The notes under the pieces are model-generated. The model saw only the letters and a list, made by a program, of their open reading frames with translations, had not been told where the DNA came from and made no database searches. From the NCBI GenBank assembly GCA_951406725.2, contig OX597814.1:52576001-52640000 (forward strand): 64,000 bases of DNA. The letters run 5' to 3'. The position numbers and the translations under genes were made by a program. This stretch comes from Octopus vulgaris. Taxonomy: Eukaryota. This document shows, piece by piece, positions 25,916 through 40,242 of this stretch (the first letter of the stretch is position 1; the number at the start of each line of letters is the position of its first letter).

Positions 25916-26610
25916 TTGGGTGTTATTGTCGACAGCGATTTGCGTTGGACAAAACACATCGCTAAAATTGTCAAGAAGGCTGAGGGTGTCTTGGCATCAC
26001 TCACCAAATCCTTTGTGAGCCGCTCTCCGGCTATCTATCTGCGGCTGTATATAGCTATGGTAAGACCTCACCTGGAGTTTGCATCGCCGGTCTGGAGCCC
26101 CTATCTTGCCCAGGACATCAATCGTCTGGAAGCTGTTCAGCGACGTGCAACCAAAAGAATACCCTCCATCAGGCATTTGCCATATCCTGAACGCCTTACC
26201 TCCCTGGGCATGGACACATTGAAACTCCGACGTCTGGCAGCTGACTTGGCAGACACCCATAAAATTATCAACCATCGCACAAACAATAACTCTGAGCACC
26301 TCTTCAAACTTCACCCATCTAACACCCGTGGACATATTTACAAAGTAAGAAAACAGCACAGCTCCCATGACTTCAGGAAACATTTTTTCACGCTGAGAGT
26401 TGCTGAAGCGTGGAACAAACTGCCGACATCGGTTGTTAGTTGTCGGAGCACTGCTTCCTTCAAGACTTCCATGCTTCCTGAGATTCGCCAAAACTACACT
26501 TGATTTTCTCCCCTCCATACACCCAGACATTTCTACACTACTGCATGTACTTTATATGCACTTTCTGACAAGTTGTGGTGCACCTGAGCACTGTATACAA
26601 TAATTTCATT
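25916..26610 (+). mobile_element. CR1-clade LINE 3' end (RT C-terminal region, open 195-aa frame)
   Basis: LGVIVDSDLRW..HI, LYIAMVRPHLEFASPVWSP, DINRLEAVQRRATKRI, TRGH, FFTLRVAEAWNKLP; 3' UTR ends atttcattat. Confidence 0.92.
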
Positions 26611-27373
26611 ATATATCAATATACTGCATATGAAAGATAAGTTATTACAAATTTATTAAAAAAACAGTATATAATATTACATGTATCTGTTTAATTAGGG
26701 GAATCATTTATATATTTATTAACTCATATGGGTAATATATGGTTAAAAATATATGTTGGAAGTTATTCAGACCAAATTCAAATAAATGGTTGATTAAATA
26801 AGTATCAGTTAATCACTGGGGTCGATGTAATCGACTTAATCCCCTTGTCGGTCCTTGTTTGTTCCCTCTATGTTTAGCTCCCTGTGGGTAATAAAGAAAG
26901 GTTATATTTAAGAGGTGTTGTGGTGGTGGTGGGTTTTTAGTTATAAATAGAACGAAAGGAGGTAACTCTGGTTTAATTAGGTCTATAATTATAAAATGAT
27001 ATACTCAAAAATTTAGATCCATTATTCAGTCAATCAATCAGCCAACAAATTAATTAATTAATTAATCAATTAATTAATCAATCAATCAATCAATCAATCA
27101 TTCAAAATATTGGTTCTGTAATGGGGTTGCATATCAATGTATGTATCCATATACATACATATACGTATACAATACATATATACACATGCATATTTATATA
27201 TACAACCATATATATGCATATATATATACACACACACATGTATATATCCACACACACATAAGGTACCAGCAGAAAACAAAAACATATACATATCTATCTA
27301 AAACTGCATATATGTGTGTGCATACATAAATATATATATATAGATACACAAGTGCTTGCACAAATACACATAC

Positions 27374-27418
<45 letters not shown>

Positions 27419-27604
27419 AGCATGCACATAAATATACATATATACACACATATCCATATATAAATACAAAAGTAGCAACTATAGTAATATATACTCACAT
27501 ATACATACATGTATATAATTATATCTAACTTAATATATACCTTCTTGTATATATATATCTGCATAATTATCACATATTATATAATACAATACAGTATAGC
27601 AACA

Positions 27605-27955
27605 ATAACTCTTCATTTTGAAGACACCTATGTCCACCCCATGCAGGTCTCTCAGGTCCTCCAGGAGGATATTTAAAAGCTGTGGTCCTCTGAAGCCCAG
27701 CCTCTTGCAGTATCTTGTCCTATACGTTGATGGCAAATTTCGAGTCCTTGGTACTATGCAGTGATGTCCAGTTCTAATATTTGTGTTACTCTTGATGCCA
27801 AAGTTTGGGATAAGTCTCTCCAGGATCTTCCAGATGTATATTATGGCATATCTTTCTTGCCTATGCTCTAAGGAATAGAGTCTTAATTTCTTGAGTTTTT
27901 CCCAGTAGGTTATATGCTGTATTGAGGCTATCTTCTTCATGTAGCCTCGTTGGAC
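27605..27955 (-). mobile_element. CR1/L2-type LINE 3' fragment
   Basis: [46 protein letters not shown], inside (TA)n arrays. Confidence 0.8.
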
Positions 27956-27994
27956 ATATATATATAAATATGTATATATATGTGTACATATATA

Positions 27995-28045
<51 letters not shown>

Positions 28046-28106
28046 AATAAAGATGTGTGTATCTATAATATATATATGTATATATATATATGTGTGTGTG
28101 TACATA

Positions 28107-28154
<48 letters not shown>

Positions 28155-28616
28155 CATACATACATATATATATATATGGATATGTAAATATACTAATATA
28201 TATGTGTGTGTGTATATATACATGTATTTATATATATATATATATATATATATTTATTATAGCCGCAGGCTGAACAAAGCGTTGTCAGTGGATTTCATAT
28301 ACAGAAACTGAAAGAAGTCTGTCATATATATATGTTTATATTTGTGCGTGTGCGTGTGTCTGTTTCTGTGTCCCCACCATTGCTTGACAACTGATGTTGC
28401 TGTGTTTACGTTCTCATAACTGAATGGTTCAGCAAAAGACACTGATAGAATAAGTATTATTTCTACAAAGAATAAATCCTATGGTTGATGTGTTTGACCA
28501 ATGGCGGTGCTCCAGCATGGCGTCATTCAAATGAGTGAAACAAGTAAAACAATAAAAAACTATGCCATTTTAATCCCCAGCATGGGTGGTTATCTTTTCT
28601 TGATTATATATCTATA

Positions 28617-28676
<60 letters not shown>

Positions 28677-29489
28677 TATTATGCAAAAGTGTCGTAAGTC
28701 CAGAACGTTGCTTTTTCAGAAAATGAAAATATAGTTTTACTATTCCATAGTAAAACAGTTGTACTACACTCTGGCAATTTTTGATATCTTGGCATCTGAA
28801 GTGGCTGGAAATATGATAGTTTGGCCACAATAACTGGCTATTGCAAGCAAAAATATTTATTGAGAAAAAAATGCATTTGGTGAAATTTGGACATACGACA
28901 GCTTAACATAATAGCAATGATATGTGTATGTATGTATGTATGTGTGTATGTCTACATGTGTATAAATGTGTGTGTGTATATATGTATATGTGTGTATATG
29001 TGTGTGTGGGTGTGAATGTGTGTGTGTTTATGTGTGTGTATATGTGAGTGTGCATGTATGTATGTGTGTATAAGTGTGTGAGTGTGTGTATGTGTTTGTG
29101 TGTACCGTTGTCTGGACAACAGGCGATTGTAAATGAGCATCATTGTCATACAAGCAAGGTTGTTCACTTCCTATTTTCCAGGAAAACATGCTTGACCAGA
29201 GGGAAATATTACTTTGCTAGAAAACAGGTGAGGTTTGACAACAGAAAGGGTGTCTGAGCATAGAAAAATATACCTCAACAAATTTCATCTGATCCATGCA
29301 AGCATGGAAATGTGGATGTTAAATGATGATGCTGATGATACACATACGCTAAGTCTATGAACACAAACATCTTATATGCTTACTAAGTTTCACTCATACA
29401 TATACAATCACCTTATTATTCTTTGCTCTTACACACTCTATAACTCTGTTTCTCTTTCATTCACTTACTTTATTTTTATATTTTATCAG

Positions 29490-29802
29490 GCATGGGTTCA
29501 CCGATGGATTGTATTACACAAAATAAGTGACTTGTCAGCTGGTAAGCTTCTGGCTAAACTCGACATCTATTTGAATTCTGATCAAGCCTGTCTTCCGGAC
29601 ACCAAACTGTCAACAATCCTCCTTGAGAATGTCACTGGTATTGTTCATACAACAAAATCAAGGACTCATCCACATGCTTTTGAGATACAAAATAAGGACA
29701 TTTCTATCCTTTTTTTCTCGGCAACATCTCCTTGTGAGACATATCTTTGGGTATGTCTTCTACGGGAAATCTTCTATTTCCAGCCAATGGATGATGGTGT
29801 CA
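29490..29802 (+). CDS. Dok/IRS-family docking protein, coding exon 2 (PH domain)
   Basis: Polypyrimidine tract and CAG acceptor (29487-29489); AWVHRWIVLHK...HAFEIQ..ILFFSATSPCETYLWVCLLREIF (PH C-terminal Trp helix); donor A|GTAAGT at 29803, phase 1. Confidence 0.9.
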
Positions 29803-30047
29803 GTAAGTATTGAAACACGAAGTTTACAGATTGTTGCACTTATTTTTCTTTCTAACAGCTAAGTTCATCAGTAAAAAAAAAGAAAAAATCACTATTCAGG
29901 TATTTCACAAACAAATGGAATATTCAAAAAACTGTCTCACTCTTAATAAGCTCTATAATCATGTCCAATTTGGTTGAGATTCTTGACACTTCTCACTTGT
30001 ACTGTATTTTCATATTCAAGTAAGAGAGAGAGAGAGATGTTGATTAA

Positions 30048-30258
30048 CTCTTTAGCATTTGGATTACTCAGTCAAACGTAATGCTTATTTATTGAAATTG
30101 GTTTGAATTAATCATGCATTATCTTCTAGCTTTGAGATTTCAATGATGTGATTGTACAATTTTTGAATGACATTGTAGGGTAGCTGTGAGATGCTAGATC
30201 TGGCCATAAAAGAGATAGAATACTTGGGTTGGATATGGCCAGTTTAAATGTTAAAGGG
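30048..30258. mobile_element. piggyBac-type MITE
   Basis: TTAA on both sides (30044-30047, 30259-30262); TIRs ctctttagcattt and aaatgttaaaggg. Confidence 0.7.
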
Positions 30259-30401
30259 TTAAATTCACTCCAGTACTTGACTGGTCCTTTATTTTATTGA
30301 CTCCCAAAAGATGAAAAGGATGAAATTAAAATGTAAAGAGTTAAAACAAATATTATGAAGTATTTTGTCTTATACTCTGGCAATTTCACCAATCCACTGC
30401 C

Positions 30402-30500
30402 TTAATAATAATGATGATGATGATGATAATAATCATGATAATAATAATAATCATGATAATAATAATAATAATAATAATCATGATAATAATAATAATCATG

Positions 30501-30532
<32 letters not shown>

Positions 30533-30762
30533 CATGATAATAATAATAATTATAATCATGATAATAATAATAATCATGATGATGATGATGATAATAATAA
30601 TAATAATCATGATGATGATAATAATAATAATAATCATGATGATGATGATGATGATAATAATCATGATGATGATAATAATAATAATCATGATGATGATAAT
30701 AATAATAATAATAATAGTAATAATAATAATAATAATAAAAATCATGATAATAATAATAATAA
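30402..30762. repeat. Compound (AAT/GAT/CAT)n microsatellite
   Basis: Directly visible trinucleotide array; source of the spurious poly-N/I/Y/H ORFs. Confidence 0.95.
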
Positions 30763-30956
30763 TATGCTGCCACTGCTAATACTAAATACAACTAACACTA
30801 AATTAACACTACAACTACTACTATCATGATAGCACAGGTATCTGAGGCCCAACTACCACCCTTACCACTACCCCTACTGTTGCTGGTGCTGCAACCACTG
30901 CTGCTACTACACATAAAAACAATAATATCAATGATGATAATGATAATAATAATAAT

Positions 30957-33900
30957 GAAAGGAAATGGGTGGAGCCTCCTCCTCCACATGAGCTGATTAA
31001 TGATACATCTAGTGATGGTGTCACAATAAAAACACACAAAAAAAACTGATCGCTATCTCACATCAGTGACAATGAAAAAAACAAAATATGAATAACGGTG
31101 GTAATGAAACTGAAGCCAATGATGGTGACAGTGTTACACCTGGTAGGCTCAGAGATTCTGGTCTGGCTCCAGCCTGTCGATATCCAGAAAGGGACCACCA
31201 CACATGGCATAGATGGAGCAAGCAAATTAATACTGTGGTCATGGAGTGTTACTATCTGAGCAGCCTGGTAGATGAAAATGGTGCTCAAATTAGAGGTACC
31301 GATAACGAATGTATGATCATTGGAGAGAAAAGGCATTGTTTCAACTCACAGAACAGAGACAATGTGATCAAGCTAGAGCAATAAGGAATAATTACTAATG
31401 AGAGTAATCCCATAGCACAGGAAAGGAGCAGTGGTAGTTTACTTGATGAGAGACATATAGATGATCCAAAAGAAGACAATAAAACTAATGGCAACATGAC
31501 AGATGAACAAAAGACAATCTACGACAGAATAAAGGCAAGACGACAGGAGAATGATAGCGACATTATTTGCAACCTTAAAACGGCTGACCGATGGAAATTG
31601 AACCAAGAAACGAAAAATGTGAATGAAATTCTGAAATACATCAGAACAAACAACATCACAGAAACAAATAATTTGATCAAGGCAACAAATATTGTTGTAG
31701 CAGAAAATGTGGGTGTTGATGTCAAGAAAAAGAAACATAATGGGAGTGACAAAAGAAAAGATCCATGGTGGAAAAGAAGAATCCAGGCAGGATTAGACAT
31801 GTTCTCAAAGGAAATTTCTGTGTTAGACCGAAAAGAGAAAGGGGAGTTTAAAAGCGAACAAAAATACAGGGTGCTGAAAAGGAAGTATGATATTGAATGA
31901 AAGAGCCTGAAAGTAGTAGTGAAGGAACTGAAACAGCTCCTCATTGCAAAGATGGTAAGATATGACCAAAGAATGAAGAATTACCACCAGAATAGGTTAT
32001 TCAAAGTAGATCAGAAGAGATTCTATAAAGAAATAAATGGAGAGTGTACAGATGAAAAGTTGATACCAGATAACATTGAAAGTCAAAGGTTTTGGAGTGA
32101 CATCTGGAGCAAAGACAAGGGGTACAAGAAGGATGCTGAATGGTTGCAAGAACTGAAACAAACAGTAGTCTGTCCAAAACAGGCAGAACTAATCATTTCA
32201 GTTAAGGAAGTGAAGGAAATCAAAAAAATGAGCAACTGGAAGGCCCTGGGACCAGATGGAGTTCAAGACTACTGGATCAAAAGATTTGGTGAATATCATG
32301 CCTGAATAGCTGTGCAACTCAACACCTTGTTAAATGCCGACCAAGGAACACCAGAGTGGTTGACATTGAATAGGACAGTGTTGTGCCTGAAAAACATCAA
32401 AAAAGGCATGTATTGCAGGCCGATATCCTGTTTGTCACTTATGTGGAAGTTAGTGACTGGAATACTCGCAGAGTCAATGTATGAACATCTGGAAAAAAAT
32501 GGAGTCCTGCCACATGAGCAGAAGGGTTGCAAGCGTAAGTGCAGAGGTACCAAGGATCAACTCCTGACAGACAAAACTGTACTTTGAGACTGCAAGAGGA
32601 GGAAACGTAACTTAGCCATGTCATAGATCGACTATCGTAATGTGTATGATATGATCCCACATTCTTGGATTATAGAGTGTATGAACCTATTTGGTATTGC
32701 ATTGAATGTTGAGCAATTGCTTGGAAAAAGTATGACGAATTGGAGGACGAACCTGACAGCATACGGAAGAAGTTTAGGGACAATAGAAATTAGGAGGGGC
32801 ATCTTCCAAGGGGAGTGCTTGTTCCCACTGATCTTTGCAGTGTACTTGATACCACTAACACTGATTCTGAGGAAAGCAAAAGCTGGGTATGTATTCAAAA
32901 GCCGCCAGCAAAAAATCAACCATTAGTTATTCATAGATAACCTCAAACTTTATGGTAAAGATGAACCCTACGTCAGTTCCCTTGTTGATACGGTGTATAC
33001 CTTCAGTGCTGATATCAGAATGGAGTTCGGATTGAGAAAATGTGGTGTGTTAGTCTTGAAGAGAGGCAAAATTAAATGTATGGATGGGCTAAAGATACTG
33101 TCGAGGGAGGTTATGAAGCAGATAGAAGAGAGGGCTATAAGTGCTTGGGGATACTGGAAATGGATAAATTGATGGAGAAATAAATGACAGAAAAATTTAA
33201 GGTGGAGTACTTGCGCAGACTGAGACTGATCCTTAAGTCGAAATTAAATGGATGGAATAAGATCGAAGCTATCAACACCTGGGCGGTTTCACTCCTTAGA
33301 TATGGAGTATGGGTAATCACATGAACAGTAGATGAACTAAACAGCTTAGAGAGAAGGACAAGGAAGTTGCTGACTAGATATGGGTTACTCCACCCCAAAA
33401 GCGACACAGACAGACTATGTACCAAGAAAAAGAGGGGGAAGTGGACTTATTGGATGCGAACACAGCATTAGAGCAGAAGAAAACAACATAGCATGGTATG
33501 TAAAAAATGCCACAGAACCACTATTTTAGAAGTAGGAAGGTCAGGCTTGTGTAGAATGAAAGATTGCAAAGATAAAGCACTATACCTGAAATTGAAAATG
33601 AATGAAACTGAAAATAGGTGGGTAAAGAAAAGAATGCATGGCCAATTTCTCAGAGATGTTGAAGACAGAGAAAAAAGATGGCTGTGGATAACTAAAAGTG
33701 ATTTAAAACCAGAAACGGAGGTTCTGATCTGTGCTGCCCAAGAGCAAGCACTAAGAACAAACTACATAAAATACAGAATCGACAACACAGCAGAAAGTGA
33801 TAAGTACAGAATCTGTGGACAAAACAGTGAAACTGTATGGCATATTACCAGTCAATGTATGCCACTAGCCCAGATGTATATAAGAGATGCTACAACAATA

Positions 33901-34450
33901 TAGCCAGGCTTGTCCATTGGACACTCTGCAACAAGTAGGAACTTGACAGATCAAAAAATTGGTATGACCACAAACATGAAGGCATCATCGAAAATAGAAA
34001 TGCAAAGATCCTATGGGATTTTATGATTCAGTGCGAACATGAAATAGAGAATAGAAAGCCAGACATAGTCTTAATTGAGAAAGAAAACAAACTATGCTGG
34101 ATCATAGATATAGCATGCCCAGCTGACAATAAGGTATGCGATAAGGAAGGAAGAAAAGTTGAGAGGTATGATAGGTTAGCTTGGGAAGTTAAGCAGTCGT
34201 GGTCAATGAAAAAGGTAGCAGTAGTACCAATAATTGTCGGAGCCCTGGGAACAGTGAGCAAAAATCTTGAGAAGTACGTGGAACAAATAGGGGCTGCAGT
34301 AAGGGTGGATCACTTTCAGAAAATAGCATTGTTTGGAACCGCTCAAATACTCTGGAAGGTGCTCGAAAAATAAGAGGTGTTACCTTAGTTCACTGGTAGT
34401 GAACAGCTGATGCTGTAGTACATCTCCAGCATTAGAAGTTGTGCAAAGGC
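30957..34450 (+). mobile_element. Near full-length R4/Dong-clade non-LTR retrotransposon (RT, CCHC and restriction-like endonuclease), pseudogenised
   Basis: WSKQINTVVMECYY N-terminus; GPDGVQDYWIK, RPISCL, EQKGC..GTKDQLL, YDMIPHSW, RRGIFQG, EFGLRKC; RICGQNSETVWHITSQC; NRKPDIVL..IIDIACPAD..K..Y. Stops and frameshifts; (TAA)n on both flanks. Confidence 0.93.
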
Positions 34451-34453
34451 AAT

Positions 34454-34498
<45 letters not shown>

Positions 34499-37400
34499 CC
34501 TTTCTACTAAAGGCACAAGGCCTAAAATTTTTTTTGGTGGGGAGTCTAGATGATTACATCAGCTGCAGTGCTCAGCTGGTACTTATTTAATAACAATAAT
34601 ATTAATAATAATAATGGTTTCAAAATTTGTCACAAGCGCAGCAATTTTGGAAGAGGGGATGAGTAAATTGTATCAATCTCAACTGGTACTTAATTTATTA
34701 ACCCCAAAAGGATGAAAGGGAAAGTCGACCTCTGGGGAATTTGAATGATTCTGCCAGCTCACCACCTTTAATAATAATGCTGCTGCCACCCCCGCAGCTG
34801 ACGGCAATTTCTAAATTTGGTACAATGCCATAAACTTGAGGAGAAAGAAATAGTTGATTATATTGATCTCCAGGACTTGTCTAGTACTTTATTCTATCAA
34901 TCAGGAGTTAGAAGAATTTGAACTCAGAATATAAATAGCTGGAAATATATTACTGATACCTATTTTTTTCAAGTATTAGATGGATAAAAGGTAATCAGCT
35001 ACAGTAGGATTTGAGTACCAGGCTGTGAGAGACTAAATATGTTTTTAGTTTGCTCACTCACCTTACCACAGTTACAGAATAAGCTGTGTTCATTAAAACT
35101 TTCTGAATATATAATCACACCAAACTATAATATATGGATTGGTGAGTTCCTTAGCCCCTTTCATTATTGAAACATTAACAAAGACTCCATTTCTTTGCAA
35201 TGTATCTTGACAAATATCAACCTTGTGGAATTCATCTCCTTCCAATTTATACCATCAAGAATTGAAATTGTACTGCAAACTGACAAACCACTTGTCATTT
35301 TTAAAATACTGCTGTATTTTTAAAATACCTTTTTAAAAATACAGTGAGTTGTCCCTGCCAGGTGGGTACCTTTTCTTGGCGAGGTGAACAGGATCATTCT
35401 AGAGTTAAATATCTCTTGGATAATTTGATATTCAGTCAGTTATATATTGTATGGCATCACTCAGTTACATATATATATATAAAAGAATAAGATCTGGTCA
35501 CTTGTTAAAATTCATAAAGTATCTTCATATGATGTACTAATTTAACTATAATTTATAAACGTAAAAATGATTTAGCACTGATAACTCAATATTTGCTAGC
35601 TACAGAATGTTCCAACTATCAACATATGGTACCTATTTATATCTGTTTATATCTAACTATTGGTAGTTAGTTTAGATATATCTCTTGTTTCAAAAGCAAG
35701 ATGTTCTGGAGTTAATCCAAATTTCACCATCAACGTTATCATTGTTTTACATTTATTATTTTTCCATGATGGCATGGGTTGGCCAAGACTTATTGAGGTA
35801 GTATTCTATGTTTGGATTCCTTTTCTGATGCCAACCCTTTCATGTTTTCAAGTAAGGTACTTTATTCCATGTTTTTGCAATGTTGAATCCCTGACCTGCC
35901 TGTATGGTGTTAGTGTATACACACACTCACACATACGCTTCATCATCATCTAATATACATTTTCCCTGCTGGCATGAGCTAGATGGTTTGATTGGAACTG
36001 GTAAGCTGAAGAGCTGCACCAGGCTCTAGCCATCTGTTTTGGTTTGGCTTCTTTACCTGGATGCCCTTCCTAATGCCAACCACTTTACAGAATGTACTTT
36101 GTGTTTTTTGTGTCAGTGGCACAGGTGCTTATTACATGTCACCAGCATGGGTGTCTTTTATGTGTCGCTGGTCTGGGTGCCTCTTACGTGTCAGCACACT
36201 AGCAACAACTATGATTCACTTAGCTTGTCTACCAAATTTCATTTATAAGGTAATGGTCAACCTGGGGCCTTAGTTGAAGACATGTATCCAAAGTGTGGAA
36301 TTGAACCTGAAAACAGGGTTGCAAAATAAATTTCTTAGCTACACTGCTATGCTTGTACCTTTAATGTATATTAAATTGTTGTGAGAAGTTTCTTACTTTA
36401 AAAAGGAATAGTATCCTATTGTAAGTTTTTCCTTATGATGGGATTTAAACTTAGCATTGAACATCCACAAAACACTTGCTGGTTGTAGTGTCTGTATAGT
36501 CCATTGTGATAACCTGTATATGAAACTGACAAGGAACTGAGACTTCTGGTAGTTTGCTGTGCTTGAGAAGCCAAGTAAAGTCATGGTTGTCCTTGCACAC
36601 AGGCATGTCCTCTGCATCTCTCTTCAGCTGAGTGATCCTAATCTTGTGGGCTCATGGGTGCTGATGCCACATAAAAAGCACATGTGCTGGTGCCACGTAA
36701 AGGCATCCATGCCAATTCTGTTTAAAAGCACCCAGTACATTCTGTAAAGTGGTTAGCATTAGGAAATGCATCCAGATGTAGAAACCATGCCAAAACAGAC
36801 ATAGAGCTTGGGAAGCTGGCCAGCTCCTGTCAAACTGTTCAACCCATGCCAGCATGGAAAATAGGTGTTAAATGATGATGAATGGATAGTTAATCTCTAT
36901 GCCAGTAGCACAATTCACTAGATTTATACAATATTTTAACTGGTAGACGAATAACCATCAAATCATTTAACCTTTTTACTGCAAAATTAAATTTCATGGT
37001 TATTTCAGTAATGATGTTAAATATCTTCCAAAAAGTAGAATTGATATTCTATGCAAGTCACACTGCCTCAATAAACTTGATATATCTCAGTAAAAAATAA
37101 GTTTCAAACAGGACTTTCTTAAACTACATTGATGTATAAAACTGCTTTCTGCAGTTAGGGGTTTTGACATTTTGAGTGGATATATCTGATTTCCACAGAA
37201 AAAGGCTTAATCAACTATTTGATGAGTTAAGTAGGGAATCTCTGTATTGTTGTTTGGCTAGTTAAAAATAGCAGCCAAATATCCCACAAATCACACCCCT
37301 ACCACCTTAAATAAAAGGAAGGATACATGGGATAATGTGGCCCTGGATATGCTATAAGATGTGGATGGTCAAGGCTTGCCTTTAACCATAGGCTTATTCA

Positions 37401-38024
37401 ATCAGGCTAAGTTGAAGCTAAACAAGAATTGTGTTTAGAGTTGAACTTTACTTATTTGTCTAAGAAAATATCTCATACAAAATATTATAACATCTAGAAG
37501 CTGTGACCTCCACATTTTTGCTTCATACTTCCTAACACCTTCAAAATATGTCATTTATTTATTTATTTACTTCAGACTGAACCATTTATTCAATATTTAT
37601 TTTAATTTCTGAGTCATTGAATTATTGAACTTTTCACCATGGTTTTCTTATCTTTGCCGTTACAATCTAGATCAGTTAATTTGGTACAATATTGTAACTG
37701 GTACAGATATTGTTGATGGGGGTGGTAGGGATATTGTTGCTGTTATCGTTGGTGATGGTACTGGTGGTGGGTAGAGTTTTCATTGTTGTTGTTATTGGGA
37801 GTGTGTTAGGGGTACATTGCTTGTTAATTATTGTTAATTTGTTGTTGATATTGTTTTTAGCCGTGATATTGGTTTTGTTGTTGTCATTGTTGTTATGGAA
37901 TGAGAATAAACCGAAATTATGAAATGTGATTATATTGTGATATTTTAGTGGTTTTTACCCTGTATTTTGTAGTTTAGTGTGGTAGTGTTGTTGTTTAGCC
38001 CTTGAAAATATCTATGATCTGAGG

Positions 38025-38321
38025 CAGTGGCCCCCAATCTCTTTTGCAGCACAGACTGGTTTCATACAAGATGATTTTTCCATGGATCAGAGGATCATGC
38101 ATCTAACAAAACAATAACATGCATAATATATAATTTAATTATTACATGTATAATGCATATATATTACAAATATAAGACATATATACAAAAACACCTCACA
38201 GATTGTGACAGTCAATAAAATATAAATAAAATTATTTTAAAATTGATCCTTTCTGTGTGGCCTGATACCAAATGATCCATGGCATGATACTGGTCTGTGG
38301 CAAGGTGGTGGGGGACACCTG
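38025..38321. mobile_element. hAT (Charlie/MER1-like) MITE
   Basis: Ends cagtggcccccaa and ggtgggggacacctg; 8-bp flanks atctgagg and atctaaga (6/8 match). Confidence 0.65.
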
Positions 38322-38722
38322 ATCTAAGACATTCTGCTTGAAACTCTTGCATTTTCTTCCTCAGACAATGGATATACAGGTCTACATAATTCAATGTTTC
38401 TCTTTTTATTGAAGATGATATGATGTAATTTGAAGGGAAATTGGCTGCTATTTCTAGCAGTTTGAGCAACTATGTAGGGGCTCCCTCATTGATCCAGGTA
38501 TTGTAGTGTTGTGTATGCTAGTGTAGAAATATAGTGTAATAACTGGAGTGGTTAAAATACTTTTGTACTTCAAATGGATTGTTTAGACCGCCAGACTAAA
38601 CTGATTTACTGTTTGATTCACTACTCTTGCGGGAGTTTAGTTCTTCTTTATAACACATCAAATTCAATATTAAACTGTTCTTGATGCTGTTGTTATAGGA
38701 ATATTAGCCAGATCACCTTTAA

Positions 38723-38942
38723 CCCTTTCATTACCAACCCAGCTGAAACCGGGTCTGGCTCTGAGTACAGAAGTTTTGTTTTCATAAGTTTTGAATTAAA
38801 ATTTTCCACCAAACCTTAGTCACACTTTATGTTCCTAACTCCAGCTGAATGATAACTAAGTTATTTAACTAAATTCTTTGTTATATTTAAAGTAATTGAA
38901 AGAAACACAGAGCCTCTCAAAATAAATACTGTAATGAAAGAG
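38723..38942. mobile_element. piggyBac-type MITE
   Basis: TTAA flanks (38719-38722, 38943-38946); TIRs ccctttcattac and gtaatgaaagag. Confidence 0.75.
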
Positions 38943-39519
38943 TTAAATTATACACTTGACTGTGATCTGAGGGAAATTTGATTGCTAGTTTAAACATGTC
39001 AAGTGATTATGTGGTGTTCCCTTTTTACCTAGCATTGTTAGTGGTGTTGTTGTCAGCCCTGTTTGAGCAGGCCTATAATCAAAGACATTCCAGTTATGAC
39101 CATTTCTTTTTATTTAGACAATGTAGTATTCAGAGTGTACAGTGTTATCCAATGTGTCCCTCTCTTTTGAAGACAATAGATTGTAATTCGAGGGAGATTT
39201 GGTTACTATTTCTAATAGATCAAGTGACTAAGTAGAGGCCCTCTACTTATTCAACCTAAATAGTTTGTTATTGTTGGGAAGCTGGGCATTGGGGTTGTTG
39301 ATATTGTTGGTTGCTAGGGTAGAGGAAAGTTGCTAGTGTTCCATATTCTTATGTTATTAATTCTCAATTATATTCATTTCATTTTACATAATCAGACTTT
39401 CACATTTCCATAGAAATATAATTCTATTTTCTTATGATGTATGAAATGATTGTTTATTTTCTCATGCTAATGTAAAATAAAAATAAATCTAAGACAGTTT
39501 TATTTCAAATCTCTTTCAG

Positions 39520-39736
39520 ATTCTTATGAAGTTTGGGTCAGAGAAAATGAATATTCAGTAAGTCTAGGACTTACTGGTGATTATTTTATGAGAATTACAC
39601 CAAGTTCCTTATTTTTAAAGAAGCAATCAGGTGATAGCAACTATGAGTGGCCACTGTCTACTTTGAAAAGGTTCTATGTCAAGTCCCTGGCACCAAAAGA
39701 TAAAACTAACAATATTCTTATTATTGAGAGTGGATT
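39520..39736 (+). CDS. Dok/IRS-family docking protein, coding exon 3 (IRS-type PTB domain)
   Basis: Acceptor ctctttCAG; phase 1 gives (N)SYEVWVRENEYSVSLGLTGDYFMRITPSSLFL..YEWPLSTLKRFY..ILIIESG; donor TT|GTAAGT at 39737, phase 2. Absent from the ORF track. Confidence 0.9.
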
Positions 39737-40242
39737 GTAAGTTGATTTTTACCTGTTACTGTCATAATCGTTGTAATCAATGTTGCCATAACTATCATTT
39801 TCAATGTCATGTAATGCTTGTCTGTTTCATTTGTATCTGTTTCAATTACCAATGTAGAAATATAGAAATACTAGGTGTAGAAGAAAATAAATATAACAGG
39901 CTTTGACTATAACACTTCATCTCAAATAAGCAAATGCTATACATGAAAATCAATTTGAACTGATTGATATCATCTCACACCCTACAACATGGCCAGACTG
40001 TCACTTTGTAACCTTTCATGACATGCTATAACTTTCATACACCCTAAACAACATGCTATAATATCACTTTATACTCTCTTACATGCTATGACAATCACAT
40101 TACATAACATTCCATGACTGTCACACTGTCCTACACAACATGCTATAATGGCTTCACTGTATCATACACAACATATCAACATGTCTTGCAATCTGCACAA
40201 TGTAATTTGTTCATTTTGCAGTACCTTATTCAACATCATGTG

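Noticed and set aside
23357-28830. Many 60-210 aa ORFs rich in Y/I/M/C/V/H/T
   Set aside because: Translations of (TA)n, (CA)n and (TACA)n microsatellites; only the CR1 segments are real coding relics.
30365-30829. Poly-N/D/H, poly-I and poly-Y ORFs
   Set aside because: Trinucleotide microsatellite open in several frames; no splice support.
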